From a virus, in the IMG/VR virus record IMGVR_UViG_3300028800_000062, positions 64,001-128,000 of that record: DNA of 64,000 nt; one strand, given 5' to 3'. Shown one piece after another: positions 19,371 through 28,868 of the stretch (its first letter is position 1; the number at the start of each line of letters is the position of its first letter). The notes below the pieces were generated by a model that saw only the letters and a list, made by a program, of their open reading frames with translations, was not told the DNA's origin and did no database searches. The translations under genes were made by a program, and so were the position numbers.

Positions 19371-22300
19371 AGATTCTCGTCCTACTCACGATTTGTGCTT
19401 GTTCCGGGTGGGCTGCCATCACCGGTTTTCAGGTGCAGGGTACCACGTCCACCCAGGTTCTGGTCTCTTATAAAGCGCCGGATGCCAATGCGTGCACGAT
19501 TCAAGTTAGTCAGAGCGCGAGTCTGACGCCGCTGGCACTCGATGTGGACCCTGCCACGTTTGCGAATTCCAATCTCGATCTGAGCCGGCCTAGCACCGTG
19601 ACTAGTGGAATGTCCAGAACGTTGCTGATCGGCCAACGCACGGTGCAATATGCGACCGCTGGGACATACTCAGGTGTCCGGCACTTTTCCCGCGCACTCC
19701 AGGCTTATACGCCTTACTTCGGAATGATTACCTGTCCCTCCACCGGGGATACGTACAACTTCACGTTTTCCACCGGCAACATTCCGCTGGGCATGTCCTA
19801 CGGGGATCCGTTACCGGCCGATCCCGCCGATCCGGGAAATCAACCCTGGCCGGAGGCGGTGGGAGGCTTGTCCCCGGAATCCTTCATCGACCCTTTTACC
19901 GGAACCTATCTCACGCGCCTGGGCCTGCGTTCGAATAACTTCGGGTATTGGGGCAGCTTTCCATTCGGATCAGCCTTTAATCAGGGTCAGTTTCCATGCG
20001 ACAGCGCGGGGCCGTGGACCAACCCCTGCGGCACGATCGTGACCGGAGGCGCCGGCAGCGTGACCGTACTCAATAGCCAGGCGCCCCTCATCATCCGGCC
20101 GCCGCTCGCCGGAGGCAATGCCTTCAATGGAGGGTATGGGTCCAACAATTACGGCAGCATGTGGACACTCGATCAGTTTGCGGTTTCTCTGACCGGGCTG
20201 GGCAGCTCGACCACTTCCGCATTCCGTGTCCTGGATGTCTGTCTGTCACTTAACGGCGGCGCTTCCTGCGCCAACTCCGCACAGCAGATCACCATGGGCC
20301 AGACCAGCAGCGTGCAGAAGGCCGGCCAGTACAACACCACGCAGTATGGAGTCATTCCCTGGTTGCTTGATACCAAGCCCAGACTGAACGTACAGGAGGC
20401 CTCGCCACACTCAGGAGCGGCTACCGTGAGCGGGAATACCGTCACCTGGGTTTCCGGCAACCTGTTCAGTCTTTATTGGGTGACGGGCGGTAATGGCACG
20501 GTCCGGCTATCGACTGTCTCAAGCAGCGACGCCTGCGCCACACCTCCCAATACCACCAGTTCGACGGAATACACCATCCTGGGTATGCCCGATGGAAATC
20601 ACCTGACGGTGTCCGGAACTCCTCCCGCGGGCAGTGTGTACTGGTGTGCTGACAATTTCGCTGTCATGGTGTGGCGCGATCAGGCGCCCTCCGACGGAAG
20701 CAGTATCACGCTCACGGCCGCTTCCATGGCCGCCATCGAGAGCACTTCTCCCACTTATCCGGATAACGGCGCGGACCACGCCTGCTTCAACAAGCTGGTG
20801 CAGGGTGGATACTTCTGCCTCTATGGCGGCCTTTACTGGATCAATCCTCAGACAGGTGCCTCTGCCTACTACGGTTACATGACGGCCCCGTCCAACAACC
20901 AGAGCGGGCAGGCGATCACTAATCCGTGGCATACCATAGGCATCATCCCAGCCAGTGAGTCAGCCAACATCGATCAATCGCAGAATGTCCTGACGTTTTA
21001 CACTACCGCGATCGATCCGACGAGTGCCACCGCACTGGTGATTCAAGGGGTATTCAATCCCACGACGATCGCAACTCCGGCGGCGCCTTACGTCAACGGG
21101 AGTCAGATTGGCAGCGCCAATGTGATCGGAAGCACGGCCTATTCCGTCACCTACAACAACGGTCTGACCTTTTCCAATCTCACGCCGCAGGTCAGTTTGA
21201 ATCAAGGAATTGTGGCTCAGATGGCCACACTCGACCCGACCTTCAAGGTCTCCCAGATAGGGTCGCCGTGGAATTGTCAAGCCTACGGGTTCTCAGGATC
21301 CCTCTTCTATTTAGGATGCTACACGAGTTATGAAGATGGTCCTGGTTGGATTCTGGCCTTCTCTCCAGGGGACGGCAATCCAGCGCATGCCGGCCAAGCC
21401 GGAGGGCCTCAGATTGTAGGGGCGATCAGCACTTTCAACACGCCCAGCAATGCGCCGGTTACCCCCGGGTATGTGGGGATGTACGGCCATGGCCTGCACG
21501 CTGTGGTGGAAGCCGACAGTGGCTGGGTGCAGGTCAACACGCACTTCCTGCAGCCGATCAACACCAGCAACAACACGTTGCCGGCAACCGGGGTGGATTG
21601 CTCTACCTACGGCCTGGCCAGCGGAAAGCAATGCACACTGCTGAACATCAACAGTTATACGCATGCTTCGGTGACCAGCTATGAGCCTTATTATGCATCG
21701 CCTTCCACTCCATTCACCGGAGCTCCCGGGGAAACCCGCACAGCACAGATCGGGGATACTGCCTGCGTGGCAGTCAGTACGTCGGGGAGCTGCAGCTATA
21801 CCAGCTCTCAGGAATTGCTGACGCTGGTAGCGAAGAACTATCAGGGAGTGCAGGGCGCCTGGGTCTTTCAGCGCAACGGCTACGGTGTAGAGAAGGCGAT
21901 CGCTACTGGGCCTATCACCCTCTGGTGGGCCGCGATCGCTGCGAACATGCCTCCCGGCAGCGCTGCGGCAGGATCTTTCAGTGTCTACTGGAACCCGGTG
22001 ACGGGTTGCGCCGGCTCGCCCGATCCGCACGGCAATTGTATGACGACCGATACCAATGAGACGGCCGGACACGGAGAATGGCGCAATGGCGGTGAAGCGG
22101 TGACTACCAACGTGCCGGACTGGTCGGTACCCATTATGGGTTGGGGCAGTGTATATCAAACCACTCTGGGAAATGTGCCCGGCATCCTCAGCTTGAACCC
22201 GACCAACGTGACACCTGATGTGACTCCCGGCATAAACTACGTGAACGACGAGCCTCCCTTTGCTGGAGTGTATGGTCATCCTTTCGGCTTCGACGCCGGC

Positions 22301-23329
22301 AGTCACCCGAATGCGCCGGGAAACCTGGCTCCAGCCAACGAGCAGATCCGCGCATTCGACAACGTCCCTCTACAGGGCGGCCAGAATGAACCGACCTGGG
22401 TGAGTATTTCCGGGCAACTCTATACCGCGGCGCCGGCATCCAATCTGGACGCTGACGATCCTTTTGGTTACGGATCCATTATAGCCATGAACCGTAAATT
22501 GTATGCCCAGGGAGCCAGCTGTGGACCCCATCCGCTGACGGATATAAGCGGACCGGCATCGAGTATTTCGACCTCTACTGCCAGCTCCTACACTTATTGC
22601 TTCGCGCGCACCGCGGGCGAATGTTATTCCGGTAGTTCGGTGGGTCAAGTCTATGTGAACTGCCCGGGAGTGACAGCAGTTACCTGTCAAGGTTCTGGGA
22701 TTCACGGCGGGGCGCCCTTCGGGGCCGGTGCGGATATTTGCCTGGGCAATATCAACAATACGGCCAATGCGGTCCGTCAGTTCACATTGGACCGGACGGA
22801 CATGGCCGGATTGCGCAGCCGCACCGTGGTTGCCGCCACGGCGCGCACCCGCATGGTGTACGGGTTCGAGAACAATGAGTTAGTGCCGGACAACTCCTGG
22901 CTGTTGTACCGCTCGGATTGGCTGGACTTTCAGCGCGCGGAGATGTGGGCGGCTAAGCTGCCGCCGTATCCGCCTGTCGATTCGGTGACGCGCAATACCT
23001 TCGTGCCTGTGACGGTCAGCCTGAGACCGGCTGCCGGCCTGCAGGTCAACAACGCCATCGTCGAGTTTGGGTATCAGGAATATGGGAATACGCTGCTCAA
23101 CTGTACTACGCGTAACGATATCTGCGTGTCCGCATCGAACGTCAGGATTTCCGGTACGCAACCGTTTTCCTTCATCTCTGAAAACCCGGCCGGGTTGGCC
23201 TGCGCCACCGGCTGCACTCTCGTGATTCCGGCCCTTTCGCAGAGAGTCCTGTATTACCGGGTCGTGTATCGTAGTCTAACTAACAGTGTGTTGTACACGG
23301 GTCCACTGACGTCAGTGGTGGTTCCGTAA
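19367..23329 (+). CDS. Large exported Cys-rich beta protein (putative adhesin/receptor-binding appendage)
   Basis: ATGA coupling to upstream gene; signal MKILVLLTICACSGWA; ~1320 aa, G/S/T/N/P-rich with many Cys. Confidence 0.7.
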   Translation: MKILVLLTICACSGWAAITGFQVQGTTSTQVLVSYKAPDANACTIQVSQSASLTPLALDVDPATFANSNLDLSRPSTVTSGMSRTLLIGQRTVQYATAGTYSGVRHFSRALQAYTPYFGMITCPSTGDTYNFTFSTGNIPLGMSYGDPLPADPADPGNQPWPEAVGGLSPESFIDPFTGTYLTRLGLRSNNFGYWGSFPFGSAFNQGQFPCDSAGPWTNPCGTIVTGGAGSVTVLNSQAPLIIRPPLAGGNAFNGGYGSNNYGSMWTLDQFAVSLTGLGSSTTSAFRVLDVCLSLNGGASCANSAQQITMGQTSSVQKAGQYNTTQYGVIPWLLDTKPRLNVQEASPHSGAATVSGNTVTWVSGNLFSLYWVTGGNGTVRLSTVSSSDACATPPNTTSSTEYTILGMPDGNHLTVSGTPPAGSVYWCADNFAVMVWRDQAPSDGSSITLTAASMAAIESTSPTYPDNGADHACFNKLVQGGYFCLYGGLYWINPQTGASAYYGYMTAPSNNQSGQAITNPWHTIGIIPASESANIDQSQNVLTFYTTAIDPTSATALVIQGVFNPTTIATPAAPYVNGSQIGSANVIGSTAYSVTYNNGLTFSNLTPQVSLNQGIVAQMATLDPTFKVSQIGSPWNCQAYGFSGSLFYLGCYTSYEDGPGWILAFSPGDGNPAHAGQAGGPQIVGAISTFNTPSNAPVTPGYVGMYGHGLHAVVEADSGWVQVNTHFLQPINTSNNTLPATGVDCSTYGLASGKQCTLLNINSYTHASVTSYEPYYASPSTPFTGAPGETRTAQIGDTACVAVSTSGSCSYTSSQELLTLVAKNYQGVQGAWVFQRNGYGVEKAIATGPITLWWAAIAANMPPGSAAAGSFSVYWNPVTGCAGSPDPHGNCMTTDTNETAGHGEWRNGGEAVTTNVPDWSVPIMGWGSVYQTTLGNVPGILSLNPTNVTPDVTPGINYVNDEPPFAGVYGHPFGFDAGSHPNAPGNLAPANEQIRAFDNVPLQGGQNEPTWVSISGQLYTAAPASNLDADDPFGYGSIIAMNRKLYAQGASCGPHPLTDISGPASSISTSTASSYTYCFARTAGECYSGSSVGQVYVNCPGVTAVTCQGSGIHGGAPFGAGADICLGNINNTANAVRQFTLDRTDMAGLRSRTVVAATARTRMVYGFENNELVPDNSWLLYRSDWLDFQRAEMWAAKLPPYPPVDSVTRNTFVPVTVSLRPAAGLQVNNAIVEFGYQEYGNTLLNCTTRNDICVSASNVRISGTQPFSFISENPAGLACATGCTLVIPALSQRVLYYRVVYRSLTNSVLYTGPLTSVVVP

Positions 23330-23345
23330 TAGGACTGAGATCTCT

Positions 23346-25049
23346 ATGATTACCAAAAGGTTGATTGCTTTCGTGCTGCTGGCTGGCGGGTTGTTCGGCC
23401 AACAGCCGATCAAGAGAAACATGATCTGCGTGGCGGCCAGCGGGTCGGGCACTGCTTATGCCTGTAACATCGCATCGGCTCCTTCTGCGTATACCCTGAG
23501 TGAACGTTATCTGTTCAAAGCGGATGTGGCCAACACCGGCGCTGCGACTATTTCCTTCAACGGTATTGGCGCAGTACCGATCGTGAAGCTGGTGGGTGGG
23601 GTCGCCACCAATCTGGCCGCCGGGGATATCCAACTCGGCGAATGGGTTAGTGTGATCTATGACAACACCGGCAGTCCGGTAATGCAGAAGCAGTCCATTC
23701 CGCAGGTTGTCGCGGACTGGAATGCCGCTTCCGGGCTGGCGCAAATCCTCAACAAGCCTACTATCCCAACCGGCGCTCCCAGCACCTGGCCCAGCTTCGC
23801 TGGTGTGGCAACATCCGGTAGCTACTCCGACTTGTCGAACAAGCCGACTGTGCCTGCAGCAGCGAGCACCACACCTGTAATGAATGGAACCGCAGCGATT
23901 GGATCCGCGGCAACCTACGCGAAAGCCGATCACGTTCACCCTACTGATACTTCCAGGCAGGCCACCATCACCGGAGCTCCCGGGACCTGGCCTAGTGCCT
24001 TTGCACCGGTTGCTCCCACGGTATCGACGCTGGGCGGAATCAACGCAAAGGATTGTTCCGTAGGTGGCCAGGTCATGCAGAAAGTCAACACGGATGGCAG
24101 TGTGACCTGTGTCAACCAAACTGGCGGAGGAATGGCCGACCCTGGTTCAAACGGCCTGTTGAAGCGCACGGGCATCAACACTACAGCAGTCGCTATAGAC
24201 GGACTGGGTGGCGATTACGTGTCGGCCGCCTCGGTCAATAACGGCACTTTGCCCATGAGCATTCTGAGCCTGCTGGTGGCCAATGGCATCACTGCCACCG
24301 GTAACATTTACGCCAACAGCACCAGTCTCGTAGCAGGTTGTGTGGTGCTCTCCGATTCCAACGCGGTGCACGATATGGGACTGTGCGCCCCGAGTTCCGG
24401 ATATTCAGGTTTCCTGAATCTTCCCACCGCCGCCGGCACTCTCAATCAGTTTCTGCTCAGTGACGGGAACGGGGGGCTCGTGTTCTCAGGCACGGCTCCG
24501 GCGGGAGCTGTAGTAGGTACCACGGACGCCCAGAACCTGAGCAATAAGGTCATCGATGGAGTGTCTGCGACCACGATGGCGTTCATGGATGCGACGTCTT
24601 CCATCCAGACCCAGTTGAATACCAAGTTCGCTACGGCGAATGCCGCCGCGGCTGCCACTCTAGGAGTTCCGATACCGCTAGGCTGTTCGGGATCGTCCAC
24701 CGCTAATACAACCGGGGGTGTCACTTACCTCTGGCCCTCCGGAGGTACTTATAGCTGTGCTAGCGGCACAGCGCCTGTAGGCATCATGGGTATCCCGATG
24801 CCCTACAACTGCACAGTCAAGTCGATGTATGTCAAAGTCAGCGCAGCCCCTGCCACAGGCAGCGATGCGGTAACGTTGTACCACAACGGCACAGCGAGCG
24901 CAGTGACTTGTTCTATAGGCCCGGGTCTCTCTTGTAATGACACGGCGCACAGCAGCGTGTTTTCCGCAGGTGACACTCTGGCGGTCGGTGTGGCTGTGCA
25001 GGCGTCGGATGCCATTGCAAATATCCGAGTTGGGGTTTCCTGCCAATGA
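23346..25049 (+). CDS. Tail-fibre-like protein with signal peptide
   Basis: Signal MITKRLIAFVLLAGGLFG|QQ; ANTGAATISFNGIGAVPIVK and YAKADHVHP motifs typical of phage fibres; shaft repeats shared with 16233..19370. Confidence 0.75.
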   Translation: MITKRLIAFVLLAGGLFGQQPIKRNMICVAASGSGTAYACNIASAPSAYTLSERYLFKADVANTGAATISFNGIGAVPIVKLVGGVATNLAAGDIQLGEWVSVIYDNTGSPVMQKQSIPQVVADWNAASGLAQILNKPTIPTGAPSTWPSFAGVATSGSYSDLSNKPTVPAAASTTPVMNGTAAIGSAATYAKADHVHPTDTSRQATITGAPGTWPSAFAPVAPTVSTLGGINAKDCSVGGQVMQKVNTDGSVTCVNQTGGGMADPGSNGLLKRTGINTTAVAIDGLGGDYVSAASVNNGTLPMSILSLLVANGITATGNIYANSTSLVAGCVVLSDSNAVHDMGLCAPSSGYSGFLNLPTAAGTLNQFLLSDGNGGLVFSGTAPAGAVVGTTDAQNLSNKVIDGVSATTMAFMDATSSIQTQLNTKFATANAAAAATLGVPIPLGCSGSSTANTTGGVTYLWPSGGTYSCASGTAPVGIMGIPMPYNCTVKSMYVKVSAAPATGSDAVTLYHNGTASAVTCSIGPGLSCNDTAHSSVFSAGDTLAVGVAVQASDAIANIRVGVSCQ

Positions 25050-26677
25050 GACGTCTCCTGTGGTTAGTCTTGCTGGTCGCGCCAGTCTTCGCGCAGACTT
25101 GCAATATTCTGACACCGAGCAACTGTAAGGACACTGGTTCGCCGGTTGGTTTTACCGGCAACCAGGCCTGCTCGGCGACGGACTTACTGCCTGGCGGAGC
25201 TTGCCAGAACGGCCTGTATGCCCAGTCTCCCACACTGAAGTCCTTCGTGACCGGTTTGTCTACTTCTTTGCCGGCATTGACGAGTTGGGCCGCGGCACAG
25301 CCGGCCAAGCCGCCAATCTATTTCTCAGGCGAACTGGTGCCGCTGTCCATGAATTACGTCAACCTGGATTCGCACTCCTGCGGAGGTTCCGGGGTGACCA
25401 AGTCCCTCAGTCCCTGCCCCTGGAACAATTACCTGAATGCCAACGCCTGGACGGATAAGCTGGTCAACGCACCACCATCCGGTGTGGGCTTGAACTCGCT
25501 GGATATCAATATCTGGACCAGCCCTCTGTTTACCTCGTCAACCTACGCGGCCGCCTGCACGAGTTATATCGCTGCAGGTGGCGGCAACATCTGTTCTTCG
25601 ATCGTGGCCAGCGTGACGGCCAACAGTCCGCAGGGTGCCTGTACGCAATGCACCGCCTCCAATATCGCCTGGTGGGCGCGCGGACTGACCACCTACCAGA
25701 ATGCGATCGCGCATATCAAGGCTAAGGCAGGTGTGCGGCTCCGGCTGGCACCAATGATCAATGGCGATACGCTGCTGGCCTGCAACATGAATCAGGGAGT
25801 TGGCAACTGGACCGCTCAACAGTTGCAGGATTGTATGATTCCCGCCGAAATCGCCATGGCAGCCTTGTGGAGTGTGGATGATCTTTCCATCTGGCACGAA
25901 CCTTGTGGCGTGGCCAAGCTGGTAATGAACGGCGGGACAGGTGGTTGTGTGCCGGCTGTTAGCGACCTGCACGCTATGATCACGATGGCTATCCCGCTAC
26001 TGAATGCCGCTTCCATCAACCCCAATATTCAGTTGGGTGCAGGTGTGACCGCGGGTGATATCGGAGGCATTCCGTATAATGCCAGCAATTCCGGCAACTA
26101 CTGGTCGGACTGGTTCACGATCCCTGGATTGAACTTCCAAGGTATCGACGCTTATCCTATTTCTAGTCAGCCGAGCAGCAACTACTTCACTTATACGATC
26201 AACGTCTTCACCATGATGACCCAGGACGCAATCGCGCATGGCAAGAAAGTATGGGACAGCGAGTCGGCGCCGCCGAGATGGGAAACCACAAATGCGTCGA
26301 TCGGTGCCGGTGAAAGCTCCGCTTACCTGGGGTGCGGCGATCAGGAGTGGTATAACGACGGAACCGGGCCGGCCTGGCTGCTCGCCTATACGTCTTATGG
26401 GCGGGCCGTAGGGCTAACCGGCTTCAGTCTGTTCGGTACGGAGATGTGGCTCGTCCAATCGACGGATCCAAACAATAACCACTGCAGTTCGAGCGGGGAT
26501 GGAACTCCGGGGCAATTCGACCAGTGGGCTCTCAATGCAGCGATCACCAATGCTCCGCTCTCCCCTTTGGGAACAGTGATGGGTCAAATCACATCGGATA
26601 ATTCCACGGATACGGTGCCGGGAGTCTCTTTGACAGGTAGGGCACGGCTGACCGGCCGCGCGAGATTAGGACGGTAA
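25046..26677 (+). CDS. Exported putative glycoside hydrolase (clan GH-A-like TIM barrel)
   Basis: Signal MRRLLWLVLLVAPVFA|Q; IWHEP (acid/base-like), GIDAYP and KKVWDSES (nucleophile-like) in the expected order. Confidence 0.5.
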   Translation: MRRLLWLVLLVAPVFAQTCNILTPSNCKDTGSPVGFTGNQACSATDLLPGGACQNGLYAQSPTLKSFVTGLSTSLPALTSWAAAQPAKPPIYFSGELVPLSMNYVNLDSHSCGGSGVTKSLSPCPWNNYLNANAWTDKLVNAPPSGVGLNSLDINIWTSPLFTSSTYAAACTSYIAAGGGNICSSIVASVTANSPQGACTQCTASNIAWWARGLTTYQNAIAHIKAKAGVRLRLAPMINGDTLLACNMNQGVGNWTAQQLQDCMIPAEIAMAALWSVDDLSIWHEPCGVAKLVMNGGTGGCVPAVSDLHAMITMAIPLLNAASINPNIQLGAGVTAGDIGGIPYNASNSGNYWSDWFTIPGLNFQGIDAYPISSQPSSNYFTYTINVFTMMTQDAIAHGKKVWDSESAPPRWETTNASIGAGESSAYLGCGDQEWYNDGTGPAWLLAYTSYGRAVGLTGFSLFGTEMWLVQSTDPNNNHCSSSGDGTPGQFDQWALNAAITNAPLSPLGTVMGQITSDNSTDTVPGVSLTGRARLTGRARLGR

Positions 26678-26689
26678 GCGAGGATCCCT

Positions 26690-26935
26690 ATGTTTCAGTC
26701 TTTTAGCGATGTACAAACGGCTGTGGATGCACTGACTGCGCGGGTCAATGCTCTCGATGGGCAGAATCTCCCGAATCCGTCCACAGCCGCCATCAATGTG
26801 TTGCAGGCTAATGTTGCCGGCGCTCAGGAGACCATCAATCAGCTGGTGCTCACCCTGGATTCCCAATTACAGGACCTGCAGACCACAGTCAATAACCTGC
26901 AACTGGCGGTGAACCGGCTCAACGGCATATCATGA
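26690..26935 (+). CDS. Small coiled-coil protein
   Basis: SD GAGGA; clear heptad pattern. Confidence 0.7.
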   Translation: MFQSFSDVQTAVDALTARVNALDGQNLPNPSTAAINVLQANVAGAQETINQLVLTLDSQLQDLQTTVNNLQLAVNRLNGIS

Positions 26936-27111
26936 TTCTGAATCTGACTGAATCGGAGATCGAGGTGTTGTGGTGGGCGGTTGGAAACAGCCGCCGCGTC
27001 CTGCATCCGGATCCGGCCACTAATGTGACCTGTCAATGTTCTTGTTGTACGGCTTTTCGCAGAGTGGATGAGCGCTTCCGGGACGTGGTCGCCAACCGGC
27101 ACCGCGTCTAA
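26932..27111 (+). CDS. Small protein with CxCxCC motif (59 aa, MILNLTESEIEVLWW...)
   Basis: ATGA overlap with upstream stop; its stop overlaps the convergent gene's stop; absent from the ORF track. Confidence 0.55.
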   Translation: MILNLTESEIEVLWWAVGNSRRVLHPDPATNVTCQCSCCTAFRRVDERFRDVVANRHRV

Positions 27112-27827
27112 CGGAAGGCTCCCGCGGCGGCGGCGCCGGTGAGCATGCCGGCCGCGGTCGGGGCAATGGCGCCGGTGATGGATAACGGGATCCGAAGCCA
27201 GTTGGGAAGAGGCTTGGTAGCGATCGCCAGGTTCGTCATCATGTGTTCCGTAGCCTGGCTGGCCTTGGCGCTGGCATCCGTGGTAATGGCCACGTTGTGA
27301 CCGATGTCCTTCCAGGTGACTAGCATACTTGGCAGTGCGCGCTGAAAGTCCCGGCTGGATTCGGCCAGCTCGCCGGCGGTGACTTTTGAGGCCGCCACCA
27401 GTCCCAGCAGCTGCGGATGCAGATCCTTGATGGTCTTATCCGTATCAAGCACCGTCTGATCCAGGTGCGCGGTGATCGCTCCGGCGTTCTGGAGTACCGG
27501 CTGCAGATCGGTGCGCAGCCCATGCACTTCGCCTACCGCAGTATCCACACGTTCGAGACCTTCCTGAATACTGACATGCGCGGTATCCACACCGTGGCGG
27601 ATCTCAGTCTGGGACGCGAAACGCAGATCCGTGAGCTGCCCGTGCACTTCCTTCAGTAATTCTCCGCGTGTACGATCGAGCTGTGCATTGATCAAGGACC
27701 GGGTCTTGTCCGATTCCCTCTGGGCCACGCCGAACTGAGCTTTGACCAGCGCGCGGGCGTCCAGGAGCAGCAGGCACAGACAGATGGTAACGGCGACAGC
27801 GCAGCCGGCGTAGATGTATTTACCCAT
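27108..27827 (-). CDS. Membrane-anchored coiled-coil protein (spanin-like or MCE-like stalk)
   Basis: N-terminal TM segment, long helical region, hydrophobic C-terminus. Confidence 0.6.
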   Translation of the reverse strand: MGKYIYAGCAVAVTICLCLLLLDARALVKAQFGVAQRESDKTRSLINAQLDRTRGELLKEVHGQLTDLRFASQTEIRHGVDTAHVSIQEGLERVDTAVGEVHGLRTDLQPVLQNAGAITAHLDQTVLDTDKTIKDLHPQLLGLVAASKVTAGELAESSRDFQRALPSMLVTWKDIGHNVAITTDASAKASQATEHMMTNLAIATKPLPNWLRIPLSITGAIAPTAAGMLTGAAAAGAFR

Positions 27828-28410
27828 GGAGAAAAGCTCCTTCTTTGCCTAGATATTGGCGAGCGTTCAGCAGGCTGCGCGACATTTCCTGCGCGGCGGC
27901 CTGGCGCATCGTCCAGGCGGGCTCGCTATCCACGTAATCGCCTCCGGTCTGCAGCCTGGTCATGTTCCGGCCGGCGTCGGCGGCATACTGCATCGCTTTG
28001 CCAACAGAGGCCTGCAACATCGGATCGAGAACAAAGCCTCCCACCAGGCCTCCCAGGCCGCCTCCTAAAGCCGTGCCGATGGCCATACCGAGGAAGGGCG
28101 TGGCGCCGGCAGCAAATGCGGACAGTTTGTGGCGATGGGGTGCTTGTGCCGCGCTGAATAGCGCGATCGGTAAACCGAAAGTGAGATAACCGCCCAGCAG
28201 GGAACCGCCCGCTAATTTGCCAGCGTCGTTCAGGTGCGGTCCAGCTTCCTTGATACCTGCCCAAGCCGTGGCTCCGCGCTTTCCCCGCTCGGCAAACATG
28301 GCGGGGATGATTCCCTGCCGGGAAACCAGGTTTCCCCAGTTGCCGGGCCACAGCATCCGGGCCATGTCATCGACTTGCCCGCCTACTATCGGAACTCCGA
28401 ATATGTTCAT
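27820..28410 (-). CDS. Gly/Ala-rich hydrophobic protein (possible ejected/internal virion protein)
   Basis: Glycine-zipper stretch GMAIGTALGGGLGGLVGG; coupled to neighbours. Confidence 0.6.
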   Translation of the reverse strand: MNIFGVPIVGGQVDDMARMLWPGNWGNLVSRQGIIPAMFAERGKRGATAWAGIKEAGPHLNDAGKLAGGSLLGGYLTFGLPIALFSAAQAPHRHKLSAFAAGATPFLGMAIGTALGGGLGGLVGGFVLDPMLQASVGKAMQYAADAGRNMTRLQTGGDYVDSEPAWTMRQAAAQEMSRSLLNARQYLGKEGAFLHG

Positions 28411-28868
28411 CAGGCAGCCTTGGCGTATCCCATCAGGCGGTCTTTGGCGCCCTTCGGGTCTTTAACGATCTGGTGTTCCCAGAGAAGCATCAGGTGGTAA
28501 CCGGCGTTGGTCAGGAAAGTAAACCGTCGCGCATCCCGCCGGCGCCAGCGCAATTGTTGCTTGGTCAGACTCGAAGTTGGGTTACATACCGGGCAGCTGT
28601 GCCAATAACAGCCCTGGACTTCCAGTACGGTTTGTGGCGGCAGGAAGAAGTCCACGTGCGTCCTGGAGATGGCATGCTCCGACTTATAGGGGATGCCCAG
28701 TTCCAGCAGCCAGCCTTCGACGATCGCCTCGATTCCGGATTGCTTGTGTACCTTGCGCTGAATTGTGTGCCAGGAGTGTCCCCGGCGGGCTTTGGCCTTA
28801 GCCGAGACCACCAGGCGCAGCTTGCGTTTGCGCGCGGGAGGTTTAGTCCCTTTGCACTTCCGGGCCAT
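28410..28868 (-). CDS. Vsr/DUF559-like endonuclease
   Basis: SGIE..VDFFL..VLEVQGCYWHSCP..D..L...GYHLMLLWEHQI matches the Vsr-like pattern; basic N-terminus. Confidence 0.8.
   Translation of the reverse strand: MARKCKGTKPPARKRKLRLVVSAKAKARRGHSWHTIQRKVHKQSGIEAIVEGWLLELGIPYKSEHAISRTHVDFFLPPQTVLEVQGCYWHSCPVCNPTSSLTKQQLRWRRRDARRFTFLTNAGYHLMLLWEHQIVKDPKGAKDRLMGYAKAA

Noticed and set aside
23274-23287. 14-bp match GTCTAACTAACAGT to the reverse complement of 51180-51193
   Set aside because: One copy is inside a CDS, and several 14-mer matches are expected by chance in 64 kb.
15170-23997. Possible diversity-generating retroelement or shufflon among fibre repeats
   Set aside because: Repeat copies differ at all base types, mostly synonymously, not adenine-specifically; no reverse transcriptase or invertase in the window.
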